From positions 1-64,000 of the forward strand of contig JBFWWG010000015.1 in assembly GCA_050246315.1 (NCBI GenBank): DNA of 64,000 nt. The letters run 5' to 3'. The position numbers and the translations under genes were made by a program. Every line of letters starts with the position of its first letter. Position 1 is the first letter of the stretch. This stretch comes from Nitrospiraceae bacterium. GTDB taxonomy: Bacteria; Nitrospirota; Nitrospiria; Nitrospirales; Nitrospiraceae. The notes beneath the pieces were generated by a model. That model did no database searches, was not told the DNA's origin, and saw nothing but the letters and a program-made list of their open reading frames with translations. Of this stretch, positions 1 to 11,662 are shown in pieces.

Positions 1-127
1 CGATTACATCGAGCGCTTTTCCAATCCCCGGCGGCGGCACTCCACGCTGGGGTATCTCAGTCCGATGGAGTTCGAACGGCAGGCCGAATGAGCGTAGGTT
101 GGTGTCAATCAAACCGGCAGCAGCTCA
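1..127 (+). mobile_element. 3' end of an IS3-family insertion sequence (transposase C-terminus and right inverted repeat)
   Basis: 2..91 reads DYIERFSNPRRRHSTLGYLSPMEFERQAE*, the typical IS3 OrfB C-terminus (YN-x-x-R-x-HS-x-LGY-x-SP). It is followed by ggtgtcaatcaaaccggcagcagctCA, ending in the IS3-type terminal CA at 127. Confidence 0.85.
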
Positions 128-540
128 GTCTTAAACTGCCTCTTGTTGCTGTGTGGATTAGCTATCCTGACGTGGTGGTTAGTGCGTTGGTAATGAATCG
201 GTTCCTGAACCTGCTGGAAGAAAGGTATGGGAATCCGTACGCATGGGTTGGGGAAGTTTCGGTGAGGAATGATCCTATCGGATTCTTCAAGAATTGGAGA
301 GGTAACATCAGCAGGCGCACTATATCTATGGAAGAGTGGGTCCAAGGATTCTACGATTCTCTATCATCCGATGATCAGCGAAAAGTCAGCACGAGATTGG
401 GCACAGACGCGCCCAAGTATATTCGTAGACGTCAGCCACACATCCGGTTGAAGCAGGGAACAGTCACAGAGATTCTTCATGCCATGCAAAACCCGTCAAA
501 ACCAGAGTTCCTGCAAAAGCCGCCGCCATGGCGAACTTGA
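128..540 (+). pseudogene. Probable 3' remnant of a lower-GC gene cut by the IS3 insertion
   Basis: The open frame runs from the IS end to a stop at 540, is more AT-rich than the core genes and is followed by a strong hairpin at 641-675. No recognisable motif. Confidence 0.35.
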
Positions 541-640
541 CCCCACTTCCTCAAAGCCACGACCATCGACCCTAATAAGGTACGCGCCACAACTAAGACA
601 GGCGCCTCGTATCGGAAGGTTAACCCGAATGCGATACAAA

Positions 641-675
641 GCACCAAGGCCACCTTCAAGCGGTGGCCTTGGTGC
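641..675. terminator. Perfect 14-bp hairpin, probable terminator
   Basis: gcaccaaggccacc-ttcaagc-ggtggccttggtgc, lying between convergent reading frames. Confidence 0.5.
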
Positions 676-787
676 CTCCACACACTTTTTAGCTAACAAG
701 GGGTGGATGGCAGGCGGTTCGAGCGAAGATTCGCCGGAAAGGCGAGGGTCTCTCACGGCGTCCGAGGGTGAAAGGGCTCCGAGTAGC

Positions 788-820
788 AAAAAACAAAAGG
801 CCGCCGGAAACGGCGGCCTT
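788..820 (-). terminator. Rho-independent terminator downstream of ahcY
   Basis: 10-bp stem aaggccgccg/cggcggcctt with a 4-nt loop, followed on the minus strand by a T-rich tract. Confidence 0.75.
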
Positions 821-843
821 CCATCGTTATTGCTTCTCCTCGC

Positions 844-941
844 TGGAGGAGTGCGGGATGCTTCCTACTGCGCGCATCGAACGAGCACCCTTCTGAGGTG
901 TGCGGGTTCTGCGAGCACGAGAAGCACCCGCGCTCCCTCCA
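844..941. repeat. Long imperfect hairpin, REP-like intergenic element
   Basis: The outer arms tggaggagtgcgggatgcttc and gaagcacccgcgctccctcca pair, and there are inner stems. It sits just past the ahcY stop. Confidence 0.5.
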
Positions 942-946
942 AACCC

Positions 947-2290
<1,344 letters not shown>

Positions 2291-2311
2291 TCATGGCCGG
2301 TGTGGGGAGAC

Positions 2312-3460
2312 TTACAACCCGACTTCTTTGCGCAAGGCCTTCGCCTTGTCCGTCTTCTCCCAGGTAAACTCCGGTTCGCTTCGGCCGAAGTGGCCGTAGG
2401 CGGCGGTCTTACGATAAATGGGTCGGCGGAGCTTCAGATGGTCGATAATGCCGCGGGGCGTCATCGGGAAATGCTTGCGCACGACTTTTTCAAGGTTGTC
2501 CGTCTGCACCTTCTCGGTGCCCTTCGTGTCAATCAGCACCGAGACCGGATCGGCGACGCCGATGGCGTAGGCGAGCTGGACTTCGCAACGATCGGCGAGC
2601 CCGGCGGCGACAATGTTCTTTGCGATATACCGCGCCATATAGGAGGCTGAGCGATCGACCTTTGTCGGGTCCTTGCCGGAGAAGGCTCCGCCTCCGTGGC
2701 TGCCGTGGCCTCCGTAGGTGTCCACGATGATCTTGCGTCCGGTCAGTCCGGTGTCGCCCATCGGACCGCCGACAACAAACCGGCCGGTCGGGTTGATATA
2801 GTGCTTGACGCCGGTCGGATCGTAGAGGCCTTTGGGCATGACGGGCCTGATCACCTTGTCCATGAGCTCCCGCTCGATCACCTTGTTGGAGATCTCAGGG
2901 CTGTGTTGCGTGGATACCACGATCGTATCGATCCGCACAGGCTTCCCGTTCCGGTATTCAATCGTTACTTGGGATTTGCCGTCCGGCCGCACCCATCCCA
3001 GAATGTTCTTCTTCCGGACCTCGGCCAGACGGCGAGTCAGGCGATGGGCGAGCACAAGCGGCATCGGCATGAGTTCGGCGGTTTCATTGGTGGCATAGCC
3101 GAACATCAGACCCTGATCGCCGGCCCCTCCGGAATCGACGCCCATCGCAATGTCGGATGATTGATTGTGAATGGACGTCAGGACCGAGCAGGTCTGGTAA
3201 TCGAACCCCCAGGTCGCGTCTCCATAGCCGACATCCTTGATCACCTCGCGAACGATGTCGGGGATTTCAACGTAGGCCTTGGTAGAAATCTCGCCCGCCA
3301 CGAAGGCGATACCGGTGGTGAGGATGGTTTCACAGGCAACACGGGAATGCTTGTCTTGGCTGAGGAGTGCGTCGAGAATACCGTCGGAGATTTGATCCGC
3401 GATCTTATCTGGATGGCCTTCAGTAACTGATTCGGAAGTGAAGAGATAGTTATTGCGCAT
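2312..3460 (-). CDS. metK: S-adenosylmethionine synthetase
   Basis: Motifs [32 protein letters not shown] and [16 protein letters not shown]. Confidence 0.98.
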   Translation of the reverse strand: MRNNYLFTSESVTEGHPDKIADQISDGILDALLSQDKHSRVACETILTTGIAFVAGEISTKAYVEIPDIVREVIKDVGYGDATWGFDYQTCSVLTSIHNQSSDIAMGVDSGGAGDQGLMFGYATNETAELMPMPLVLAHRLTRRLAEVRKKNILGWVRPDGKSQVTIEYRNGKPVRIDTIVVSTQHSPEISNKVIERELMDKVIRPVMPKGLYDPTGVKHYINPTGRFVVGGPMGDTGLTGRKIIVDTYGGHGSHGGGAFSGKDPTKVDRSASYMARYIAKNIVAAGLADRCEVQLAYAIGVADPVSVLIDTKGTEKVQTDNLEKVVRKHFPMTPRGIIDHLKLRRPIYRKTAAYGHFGRSEPEFTWEKTDKAKALRKEVGL

Positions 3461-3615
3461 CGAAGCCTCTTGCTTGGGGGTTCTCGGTGGCGGTCAACGG
3501 GCGCTACGTCCCTTGAAGCACGTATGAGTGGTACCCCAGCCGTAGTGCAATGTCAAATGGAAAGGCTCATTTCTTTGGTAGGGGCTGGAGCGAGGTTGTG
3601 CGGCAGGTCCTTTAC

Positions 3616-3645
3616 TTGACAGTGATTTTATGCGGTTTGTAAGAT
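3616..3645 (+). promoter_or_regulatory. Sigma70-type promoter for the cytochrome c maturation operon
   Basis: TTGACA-18 bp-TAAGAT. Confidence 0.55.
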
Positions 3646-3805
3646 GGTCCACCGATTGAGAGACGCTCGCCAGGGATAAGGAAACCACACGCTCCTCGAA
3701 TACTCCCAACGCCTGGGCGGCGGGATGACGATTGGGATTTCAACGGGTTCCAGGCAGCGGGTCGGGTGTCTCCTAACCCTTGTTTAACTCAGGTCGCTAT
3801 TGCTT

Positions 3806-5248
3806 ATGGACAGAGAGCCGGAACTCGCCCTTCAACCACCACCTTCACCGAACCCCCGCGCCTCTACTCAAGGCTTCGGGTGGGACGAGGTATCCCGTGA
3901 GGTGGTGGAGTTTTTTGCCTCGATTAAGCTCGCCATGTTCTTGTTCTTGATCTTGGCGGCGACAGCGACCATCGGCACCGTCATCCAACAGAACGAGCGT
4001 CCCGAGACATACATCAAAGAATACGGTGAGCAGGCCTATCGTTGGTTCACGCGGCTCGGCCTGACCGACGTCTATCACACCTGGTGGTTTACCAGCCTGC
4101 TCGGCCTGCTCTGCGTGAACTCGCTGACCTGTTTTTACAAGCGGTTTCCTGCCGTCTGGCGCTCCATGCAGCAGGACAAGGTCAACGTGTCTCTGTCGTT
4201 CATTAAGAACATGAAACATTCCGCTGAGATTTCCGTGGCGGGGACAAAGGAGTACCTCGGCGAGCGGCTCGTCAGATTTCTTGCGGAAAAGGGCTATCGG
4301 GTGCTGGCCAAGAACGAAGCGTCCGGCGTGTCGCTATATGCCACGAAAGGTATTATGGGGCGCGTGGGGGCGCATATGGCGCATCTCAGCGCGACGGTGA
4401 TCGTGCTGGGTGGGTTGATCGGTAGCCTCTGGGGGTTCCAGGATTTCGGGGTCTGTATGGAAGGCCAAACCTATCACATTCCCCGCGGCAACTTCGATCT
4501 ACGGATCGATAAGTTCTGGATCGACTACTACGAGAACGGCGCCGTGAAGTCGTACAATAGTACGTTGACGGTGATCGATCAGGGTACTCCGGCACTGACG
4601 AAAACGATCTCAGTGAACGATCCGCTGGTTTACAAGAATATCTGGTTTTATCAGTCGAGCTATGGTGACGCGTGGGATCGTATCGAAGTTGCGCGGCTCA
4701 ACATCAAGGAGAAGGAAACCGACAAGGTGCTCGCGACGGTCGACCTGGACTGGCAAAAGGAGAAGGTGATCGAAAATCTCGGCCTGAAGCTCACGGCGAC
4801 CGATTTCGTCGCTGATTTTGCGTTCAATTCGTCCGAGAAGAAGGTCTACTCCAAGACGGTGGAACATGCCAACCCCGCCTTACGATTGGCACTGAACGAA
4901 CGGGGGACGTTGGAGGCCACGCCGTGGGTGTTCTATCATTATCCGGACCTGTTCGAGATCCAAGGGTCGAAATACAGTTTCGAGCTCGTCGGGTATCAGC
5001 CGAAGAAATTCACGGGGTTGCAGATTACGCGTGATCCCGGTGTGAACATTGTGTGGATCGGCTCGACGATGATCGTGGTCGGAATTACGTTGTCATCGTT
5101 CATTTATCATCGACGATTGTGGGCGAAGATCGTGCCGCACGACGACGGCGTCGTCCTGCATATCGGCGGGAACACACATAAGAATCAGATCGATTTCCAG
5201 CGGGAATTCAAGCGCCTGATTCATCACGCGGAAACCAAGTCTGCTTAG
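3806..5248 (+). CDS. resB: Cytochrome c biogenesis protein ResB/CcsB (system II)
   Basis: Three N-terminal TM segments (IGTVIQQ, DVYHTWWF), a conserved TM His (MAHLS), SVNDPL..FYQSSY, and C-terminal GLQITRDPG..TM..RRLW. Confidence 0.92.
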   Translation: MDREPELALQPPPSPNPRASTQGFGWDEVSREVVEFFASIKLAMFLFLILAATATIGTVIQQNERPETYIKEYGEQAYRWFTRLGLTDVYHTWWFTSLLGLLCVNSLTCFYKRFPAVWRSMQQDKVNVSLSFIKNMKHSAEISVAGTKEYLGERLVRFLAEKGYRVLAKNEASGVSLYATKGIMGRVGAHMAHLSATVIVLGGLIGSLWGFQDFGVCMEGQTYHIPRGNFDLRIDKFWIDYYENGAVKSYNSTLTVIDQGTPALTKTISVNDPLVYKNIWFYQSSYGDAWDRIEVARLNIKEKETDKVLATVDLDWQKEKVIENLGLKLTATDFVADFAFNSSEKKVYSKTVEHANPALRLALNERGTLEATPWVFYHYPDLFEIQGSKYSFELVGYQPKKFTGLQITRDPGVNIVWIGSTMIVVGITLSSFIYHRRLWAKIVPHDDGVVLHIGGNTHKNQIDFQREFKRLIHHAETKSA

Positions 5249-5294
5249 GATTCCCTCGGGATCAGCGCGGAAAGCTTTCGAGGAGGGTGCCATC

Positions 5295-6209
5295 ATGCTC
5301 AAGTCCTTATTCCTGTTCGATATGACCTTCTGGCTGTATTTGGCGGCGTTGACGCTTTACATCGCGTATCTCTTCGTCCGGCGTCCCGTGATGCAGTTTG
5401 CGCCGGCAGGCCATCCGGTGGAGGCATATGAGGACCGCGACGACGGTTGGGCCAGTCAACTCGGACAAGTCGCCACGCTGGTCACTGTCTTTGGGTGGGT
5501 GGTGAACAGCAGCGCCCTGTTCATGCGGGCGTACGAGCGGATGCAGCTCTCCGGTACCTTCGCCCCCTGGTCGAATCAGTTCGAAGCCATGGCCTATGTA
5601 TCCTGGGCGATCATTTTGGGCTATGTCCTGCTGGAAATGCGGTATCGCATCAAGGCGATCGGTGCATTCGTTGTCGGGATCGGGTTCATCGCCATGGGAG
5701 CCGCATCGCTGTTGCCCTATCGCTATCAAACCGCCGAGCCGTTGGTCCCGGCCCTCAACAGCTATTGGATTTACATCCACGTGTCCGTCACCCTCACGAG
5801 CTATGCGGCCTTTGCGATGGCCGGCGGTCTAGGCGTGATGTACCTGCTCAAGGAACGGGCTGAGCGGAAGGGCAAGAGCGGGGGGATCTATGCCGCCTTC
5901 CCGGACCTAGAAACCATCGATGAGTTGGGCTACAAGGCGATCATGATCGGATTTCCTCTGCTGGCCTTCGGCATCATTCTTGGGGCCATGTGGGCGAACT
6001 ATGCCTGGGGCGGCTATTGGAGCTGGGATCCGAAAGAAACCTGGTCGCTCATCGTGTGGTTGATATACGGAGCTTACATCCACGCGCGCATGACGCGGGG
6101 ATGGGAAGGGCACCGAGCCGCCATCTACGCAATCTTCGGATTTCTCATGGTGGTCTTCTGCTTCTGGGGCGTGAATTTCCTTCTTTCGGGCCTGCATGCC
6201 TATGCGTGA
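5295..6209 (+). CDS. ccsA: Cytochrome c biogenesis protein CcsA/ResC
   Basis: WWD domain WANYAWGGYWSWDPKETW, PALNSYWIYIH, terminal GLHAYA. Confidence 0.96.
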   Translation: MLKSLFLFDMTFWLYLAALTLYIAYLFVRRPVMQFAPAGHPVEAYEDRDDGWASQLGQVATLVTVFGWVVNSSALFMRAYERMQLSGTFAPWSNQFEAMAYVSWAIILGYVLLEMRYRIKAIGAFVVGIGFIAMGAASLLPYRYQTAEPLVPALNSYWIYIHVSVTLTSYAAFAMAGGLGVMYLLKERAERKGKSGGIYAAFPDLETIDELGYKAIMIGFPLLAFGIILGAMWANYAWGGYWSWDPKETWSLIVWLIYGAYIHARMTRGWEGHRAAIYAIFGFLMVVFCFWGVNFLLSGLHAYA

Positions 6210-6222
6210 TCGAGACGACACC

Positions 6223-6846
6223 ATGGCTCCGACGATCTCGTCAGTACCGTCCCAGGGAAGCCAGGCTCCCGCTCCGGCCCGTTCTCGGGTGGGCATCGTT
6301 TTGACTGCGGCGGCTGTCCTGGCTGTGGTGTTCGGGGTCGTCTGGATGCAAAGTGCCAAGTACGAGCCGCTCACGGTCGGCAAGCCGGCGCCGGACTTTG
6401 CGCTGCCCGATCTGGCCGAGAAAACCGTCCGTCTGTCCGACTATCGAGGCAAGGTGGTGTTTCTGAACTTCTGGGCGACCTGGTGCAAGCCCTGCCAGGA
6501 GGAAATGCCCTCGATGGAAGTCTTGTATAAGAACTTCGAGAAGGACGGCTTAGTGATGCTGGCCGTGAGCATCGACCGCGTCACGACCAAGAAAGATATC
6601 CCGCCGTTTGTGAAGAACATGAATCTGACGTTTCCCGTGTTGGTGGATTCCTGGGGCCAAACCGACAAACGCTACAAGCTGATGGGGGTTCCGGAAACCT
6701 ACATCATCGACCAGGACGGGATCCTGCGTGAGAAGATCATCGGTCCCCGGGATTGGACGAGGCAGGACAACCTTCAAGTGTTGACGCAGTTGCTCAGAGC
6801 CGTCAAGGCGGCTCAGGCGATCACCACATCTTCAACCGGCGCCTGA
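6223..6846 (+). CDS. TlpA/ResA-family membrane-anchored thiol-disulfide oxidoreductase
   Basis: N-terminal TM, NFWATWCKPC, GVPETYIID. Confidence 0.92.
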   Translation: MAPTISSVPSQGSQAPAPARSRVGIVLTAAAVLAVVFGVVWMQSAKYEPLTVGKPAPDFALPDLAEKTVRLSDYRGKVVFLNFWATWCKPCQEEMPSMEVLYKNFEKDGLVMLAVSIDRVTTKKDIPPFVKNMNLTFPVLVDSWGQTDKRYKLMGVPETYIIDQDGILREKIIGPRDWTRQDNLQVLTQLLRAVKAAQAITTSSTGA

Positions 6847-6864
6847 ACGCCAGACCGTCCGACC

Positions 6865-7446
6865 ATGTGTCCGATCTGTCGAAGTATCGTTCTCGTGACG
6901 GGAATGGCGGTCCTGTCGGGGTGTGACGGCCGGGACGCGGCGTCGTTGCCGGACGCTTCCGCCGGGGAATCAAGCCTTGTCCGGCCACAGCCGATGGCGG
7001 TGACCATCGGCCAGCCCGCACCTCAATTCAGATTGAGAGACCTGGCCGGAAATAGCGTTTCGCTGGAGAGCTATCGAGACACTGTCGTCATGGTGAATTT
7101 TTGGGCAACCTGGTGCGGCCCCTGCCGGGTCGAAATGCCGGCGATGGAATCCCTTTATCGAACCTTCGGCAGGAGGGATTTTGAGATCCTGGCTGTCTCC
7201 ACAGACCCTCAGGGTGTCGCCGTGACCAAACCCTTCCGCCAGGAACTGGGCCTGTCGTTTCCGATTCTGCACGATGCCGACTACCAAGTCGGGCTCATCT
7301 ACGGCGCGAGGAGCTTGCCGATGACGTTTCTCGTAGACCGTCAGGGAATTCTCCGGCAGCGCATTTTCGGAGCCCGCGACTGGGCCTCGCCGGAAGCCGT
7401 GCGGTTAATTCGGAATTTCGTGGGGGAGTCCCGACGTGACGGATAG
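6865..7446 (+). CDS. Second TlpA/ResA-family oxidoreductase (lipoprotein)
   Basis: Lipobox VLSGC, NFWATWCGPC, LPMTFLVD. Confidence 0.9.
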   Translation: MCPICRSIVLVTGMAVLSGCDGRDAASLPDASAGESSLVRPQPMAVTIGQPAPQFRLRDLAGNSVSLESYRDTVVMVNFWATWCGPCRVEMPAMESLYRTFGRRDFEILAVSTDPQGVAVTKPFRQELGLSFPILHDADYQVGLIYGARSLPMTFLVDRQGILRQRIFGARDWASPEAVRLIRNFVGESRRDG

Positions 7447-8182
7447 CGTCCAACACATTTCGTGGTTTGCCGCCTTCACTGCGGGGCTCCTGTCCTTCGT
7501 GTCTCCCTGTGTGCTCCCCTTGGTGCCGTCCTACATCAGCTATATCACCGGCCTGTCTGTGGAGCAGCTCGCGGACGCCGAGGAACGGGTCCGATACAGG
7601 CGGGATATCATCGTCAACGCGTTGATCTTTATTGCCGGGTTTTCCAGCGTCTTCATCGCCTTCGGCGCTTCGGCCAGCTTGATCGGACAGGCCATGATGA
7701 CCTATCAGGAGCATCTCCGAAAGCTCGGAGGAATCCTGATCATCGTGTTCGGACTTTATTTGCTCGGTCTCTTGAACCTGAGCCTGTTCCGAACCGAGCG
7801 ACGGCTGCACTTCCGGACCAGACCGGCCGGCTATTTGGGTTCGTTTCTGATCGGTGTGGCCTTTGCCGCCGGCTGGACACCCTGCGTCGGACCAGTCCTA
7901 GGGACCATCCTTCTCTATGCCAGTACCACCGACGCACTTTCCCAGGGGGTTCTGCTGCTGGCCTTCTACTCGCTTGGGTTGGGGCTGCCCCTGTTCATCA
8001 CGGCGCTCGGCGTGGATCGGTTTCTTGTGTACTTCAAGGAATTCCGCGGGTACTTGCGGGGCGTTTCGACTGTGAGCGGGGTCCTTCTGGTCGTGGTGGG
8101 GGTCCTGCTCTATGCCAACTCACTGACGCTCATCACGAGCTTTCTTGAACGATACGGAATCGGGTGGTATCTCGGCCAGTAG
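7436..8182 (+). CDS. ccdA: Cytochrome c biogenesis protein CcdA
   Basis: GLLSFVSPCVLPLVP and GWTPCVGPVLG. Confidence 0.95.
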   Translation: MTDSVQHISWFAAFTAGLLSFVSPCVLPLVPSYISYITGLSVEQLADAEERVRYRRDIIVNALIFIAGFSSVFIAFGASASLIGQAMMTYQEHLRKLGGILIIVFGLYLLGLLNLSLFRTERRLHFRTRPAGYLGSFLIGVAFAAGWTPCVGPVLGTILLYASTTDALSQGVLLLAFYSLGLGLPLFITALGVDRFLVYFKEFRGYLRGVSTVSGVLLVVVGVLLYANSLTLITSFLERYGIGWYLGQ

Positions 8183-8192
8183 CGTCCGAGTC

Positions 8193-9410
8193 ATGACTCT
8201 GCTGCCAGCGGTGCGGTCTTTCGACGTGGTGGTCGTCGGCCTCGGTCCCGCCGGAGCCGCCGCCGCCTACGAATGCAGTCGATCCGGTCTCGCAGTCCTC
8301 GCCTTCGACAAGGAGGTGCACCCTCGGTACAAGGTCTGCGGGGGCGGGCTCTCCGCCCGCATCGATCAGTTGCTCGGCGGCGTCTTCGAGAACGTCATCG
8401 AGCATATCATCTACGGCGTTCGCTTTGCCTATGCGAATGCGGACTCCTTCACGATCGAGTCGTCATCGCCCATTGCCTACATGGTCATGCGAGACCGATT
8501 CGATCATTGTTTGGTCGAGCGGGCTCGAGGGGCCGGAACTGAGATCCTCCAGGGAGAGTCCGCGAAGCGCTTCACACCCGTGCCTGATGGTCTGGAAATC
8601 GAGACCGAGCACGGCCGATATGGCGCCAAGGTGCTCATCGGAGCGGACGGGGCCAATAGCGTTGTTGCGCAACAGTTGTTTTCGCGAAGAACACGCCGCT
8701 GCATACCGACGCTAGAGAGTGAAATCGATATTGGGCACTCGCCGGTCTATCCACGCGAGCACCTGGTGGGAATCACGTTGGGACCGCCAGGCTCCGGGTA
8801 CGGGTGGATTTTCCCTAAGGACAAGCGACTCTCTGTCGGCATTGCCGAGTTTCGTGGTCCGTCGGCAAGCCCGAGACAAGTCTTCAGCGGCTTCGTGCAA
8901 CGAGAAGAAGGGCTCAGGAGTAGGGGCTGGAGGATTCCTCCTCCTCACGGTCATCCGCTCCCGCTGTTTAATCTCTGTTCGCGCGATGAATCAAGGCCAG
9001 ATGGTAGAGAACTGGTGAACGGCCGGACTATGTTGATCGGAGATGCCGCTCATCTGGTCGATCCTCTGTTCGGAGAAGGGATCTATTACGCGGTGAAGTC
9101 AGGGCAATTGGCTGCTCGCAGCGCTCTGGAGTTCGTGCGAGGCCTGTCGCAGGATCTGGAAGGGTACAGGCGGGTCGTGCATCGGGAGATTTATCCGGAA
9201 TTTCAGGTCGCGTCCAGGATGGCATCCATCCTGTACTCCTTTCCTCGGCTCTGTTACCGGTTGGCCCATCGGTATCAAGAGTTGGTGCAGCTCTACTATC
9301 GGGTGCTTCAGGGGCAGGAAACCTACCAAACCTTCCTCGAATTGGCGAAGCGCTCAGTCAAGGTCTCGCTCTCCCATTGGTTTCGTGACCCCTTCCGAGT
9401 CAGGCCATAA
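8193..9410 (+). CDS. Geranylgeranyl reductase-family FAD-dependent oxidoreductase
   Basis: VVGLGPAG, PRYKVCGGG, IGADGANS, YGWIFPK, GDAAHLVDPLFGEGIYYA. Confidence 0.9.
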   Translation: MTLLPAVRSFDVVVVGLGPAGAAAAYECSRSGLAVLAFDKEVHPRYKVCGGGLSARIDQLLGGVFENVIEHIIYGVRFAYANADSFTIESSSPIAYMVMRDRFDHCLVERARGAGTEILQGESAKRFTPVPDGLEIETEHGRYGAKVLIGADGANSVVAQQLFSRRTRRCIPTLESEIDIGHSPVYPREHLVGITLGPPGSGYGWIFPKDKRLSVGIAEFRGPSASPRQVFSGFVQREEGLRSRGWRIPPPHGHPLPLFNLCSRDESRPDGRELVNGRTMLIGDAAHLVDPLFGEGIYYAVKSGQLAARSALEFVRGLSQDLEGYRRVVHREIYPEFQVASRMASILYSFPRLCYRLAHRYQELVQLYYRVLQGQETYQTFLELAKRSVKVSLSHWFRDPFRVRP

Positions 9411-9466
9411 CCCGATCCGGGGTCCCGTCGATTGGAATCTGGCGAACGCGGAATGAATGGCTGTCG

Positions 9467-10402
9467 TTAACACCAAGCGCCGAGGCGGCAGAATGTGAGG
9501 TTGGGTTGTAGCGCGGAGGCGGAAGCAGGGAGGGACGGAGCGGCGATCTGTGGGATTGTGGTGCGGTCCGAGCCGGATCCCGGCAACACCAGGGCAGCCA
9601 GTGAAAGCCCAGGAGGAGCAGGTTCGGCCTGAGAGGGCTCGGGTTGATCCACGTCGGTCTTGGCAACGGCCACCGGGGGCGGGCCTCCCAGCTTGGCCAA
9701 TAATTTGTCACCTTGGGCGCGGATCGGGCTGGTCGGGAAGCGTTCAGACAGTAAGGCCAGTTGTTCCCTCGCCCAATCGGTGGCCCCAAGTTCCTTATAG
9801 GAGAGTGCCAGGTAATAAAGGGCGTCAGGCGCCACATTCATTTCCGGATAGTCCTTCAGGATCGCTTCAAACCGATGGGCGGCTGCCAGATAGGCCTCGC
9901 GGCGATAATAGAATTTCCCGACGAACATGTGAGTCTGCGCGAGCCAATCCTTGCAATCGTGAATCCGCGCGACGGCCTGCGCCTCATAGGCGCTGGCCGG
10001 ATAGTCGGTCCGGAGCTTCTCGAACGCCGCCATGGCCATTTGCACGGGCTCCGGGTCTCGATCGATCGTTCGGGCCTGCTTTAAATTTGCCTCTCCAAGC
10101 CGATATTGGGCGTAGGGCGCCAAGGCATGGGATCGATGCAGCTCCATGAAATGTGTCAGTTCAATGGCCGCTTCGGCGTACTCGTCCTTGTCAAAGAAAG
10201 CTTCAGCCCGTTTGATGATCACATGCGGGTCATAGTTTTTTTCGATCGTATCGCCGATGAAGATCTGCTCGTCTGTACTGCTCAATGCCTTGCCTTGCGC
10301 ATGAGTCGACGTGGGTTTGCTGGAACAACCGGACAGCACCAATAAGGCGGCCCCGAGCAGGGAACAGAGGTGACCGACGGTCAAGGATGGCAGCTTCATC
10401 AT
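9467..10402 (-). CDS. bamD: Outer membrane protein assembly factor BamD (TPR lipoprotein)
   Basis: Lipobox VLSGC, TPR repeats, DRDPE, VGKFYYRREAYLAAAHRFE. Carries a Pro-rich C-terminal tail. Confidence 0.88.
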   Translation of the reverse strand: MMKLPSLTVGHLCSLLGAALLVLSGCSSKPTSTHAQGKALSSTDEQIFIGDTIEKNYDPHVIIKRAEAFFDKDEYAEAAIELTHFMELHRSHALAPYAQYRLGEANLKQARTIDRDPEPVQMAMAAFEKLRTDYPASAYEAQAVARIHDCKDWLAQTHMFVGKFYYRREAYLAAAHRFEAILKDYPEMNVAPDALYYLALSYKELGATDWAREQLALLSERFPTSPIRAQGDKLLAKLGGPPPVAVAKTDVDQPEPSQAEPAPPGLSLAALVLPGSGSDRTTIPQIAAPSLPASASALQPNLTFCRLGAWC

Positions 10403-10459
10403 AATGGGCGAATAGCAGGCCGAGCCGGTTGTATCAAAGGACAAGGAGTTTTCGCAACA

Positions 10460-10493
10460 GAAAACACCTATTTAACACTCATTTAACAATCAT
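10460..10493 (+). promoter_or_regulatory. Pho-box-like 11-bp direct repeats
   Basis: gaaAACAccta tttAACActca tttAACAatca, with AACA at 10463, 10474 and 10485 (exact 11-bp phase). Lies upstream of fabH-DUF47-pit and near phoBR. Confidence 0.6.
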
Positions 10494-10559
10494 TCGCCCG
10501 ACCCGGATCGCCGGCGTACCTGATTGGCATGTGGGACCGAACCAGAGTGGGAGTCTGCA

Positions 10560-10588
10560 TTGACGATCGAAAGAGGGGCCCCTATAAT
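10560..10588 (+). promoter_or_regulatory. Sigma70 promoter upstream of fabH
   Basis: TTGACG-17 bp-TATAAT. Confidence 0.7.
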
Positions 10589-10638
10589 CCCCAAGCTCAC
10601 CCACAGAGTCCACCCGAACTACCAGCGAACGCACAAGG

Positions 10639-11631
10639 ATGCTTACGAGCCGCATCGTCGGAACAGGAATGGCCGCTCCCGAACGAGTGGTCGATAACCA
10701 CGAGATCGGCTCGGCATTGGGTGCCTCACCGGAGCACATTCACCGGCTGACCGGAATCACATCGCGGCGGTGGGTCTCCGGTCACGAATCCGCGTCGGAT
10801 TTGGCGGTGGGGGCCTCGCAGATGGCGCTGGAAACGGCCGGCTGCCACCCGTCCGCTCTCGATGCCGTCATTGTATCGACCACGTCTCCCGACACGGTAT
10901 TTCCGTCAACCGCCTGTTATGTGCAACGGGCGCTTGGGGCCAGGTGTGTCGCCGCGTTCGATGTTGCGGCGTCCTGTTCCGGCTTTCTGTACGGCCTTTC
11001 CGTCGGGGATGTGCTGATTCGTTCTGGGCAGGCGAAGACCTGCCTGGTGGTCGCGGCCGAGGTCAAATCCGTCTTTCTCGACAAACAGGATGCCGTCACG
11101 GCGGTGCTCTTCGCGGATGGCGCCGGAGCGGCGGTGCTCGTTGCTGATGAGACCACGCACTTGCCACGAAGAGGTATCCTCGGGATCCGACTCTACGCGG
11201 ACGGCGCGCACCATCGATTGATCCGCTTGCCGGCCGGAGGGTCGCGGCAACCATCTTCGTCCGACACGGTGCGTGAGAGGCGCCATGCGATTCAACTGGA
11301 GGGGACGCCGGTGTTCCGGTTGGCGGTTCGTCGTCTTGCCGCCGCGGTGCAGGAACTGCTGGAGGAATTTGGACTGACCGTACCGGATGTCCGGCGGGCG
11401 GTGTTTCATCAGGCCAATGGGCGTATTTTGGAGGCGCTGGGGCGGCGGTTGGGCCTGTCGCCCGATCAGACGACATCGATCATTGAGCGCTATGGCAACA
11501 CCTCCTCTGCGTCGCTGCCGATGGCTCTCGACTGCACCGTTCGAGGCGGCGGTGTCTCCCCCGGTGACCCGTTGTTGTTGGGAGCCTTTGGCGGGGGCCT
11601 GACTTGGGCGACCGCCTTGATCCGCTGGTAG
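10639..11631 (+). CDS. fabH: Beta-ketoacyl-ACP synthase III
   Basis: Catalytic Cys-His-Asn in AASCSGF, FHQAN and YGNTSSAS; AFGGGLTW. Confidence 0.9.
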   Translation: MLTSRIVGTGMAAPERVVDNHEIGSALGASPEHIHRLTGITSRRWVSGHESASDLAVGASQMALETAGCHPSALDAVIVSTTSPDTVFPSTACYVQRALGARCVAAFDVAASCSGFLYGLSVGDVLIRSGQAKTCLVVAAEVKSVFLDKQDAVTAVLFADGAGAAVLVADETTHLPRRGILGIRLYADGAHHRLIRLPAGGSRQPSSSDTVRERRHAIQLEGTPVFRLAVRRLAAAVQELLEEFGLTVPDVRRAVFHQANGRILEALGRRLGLSPDQTTSIIERYGNTSSASLPMALDCTVRGGGVSPGDPLLLGAFGGGLTWATALIRW

Positions 11632-11662
11632 GCCGAACGCCGAAAGGATCAGACAGGGACCG

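Noticed and set aside
3461..3560. Possible SAM or SAH riboswitch upstream of metK
   Set aside because: I could not match any SAM-I/II/SAH consensus elements by eye. An Rfam scan would settle it.
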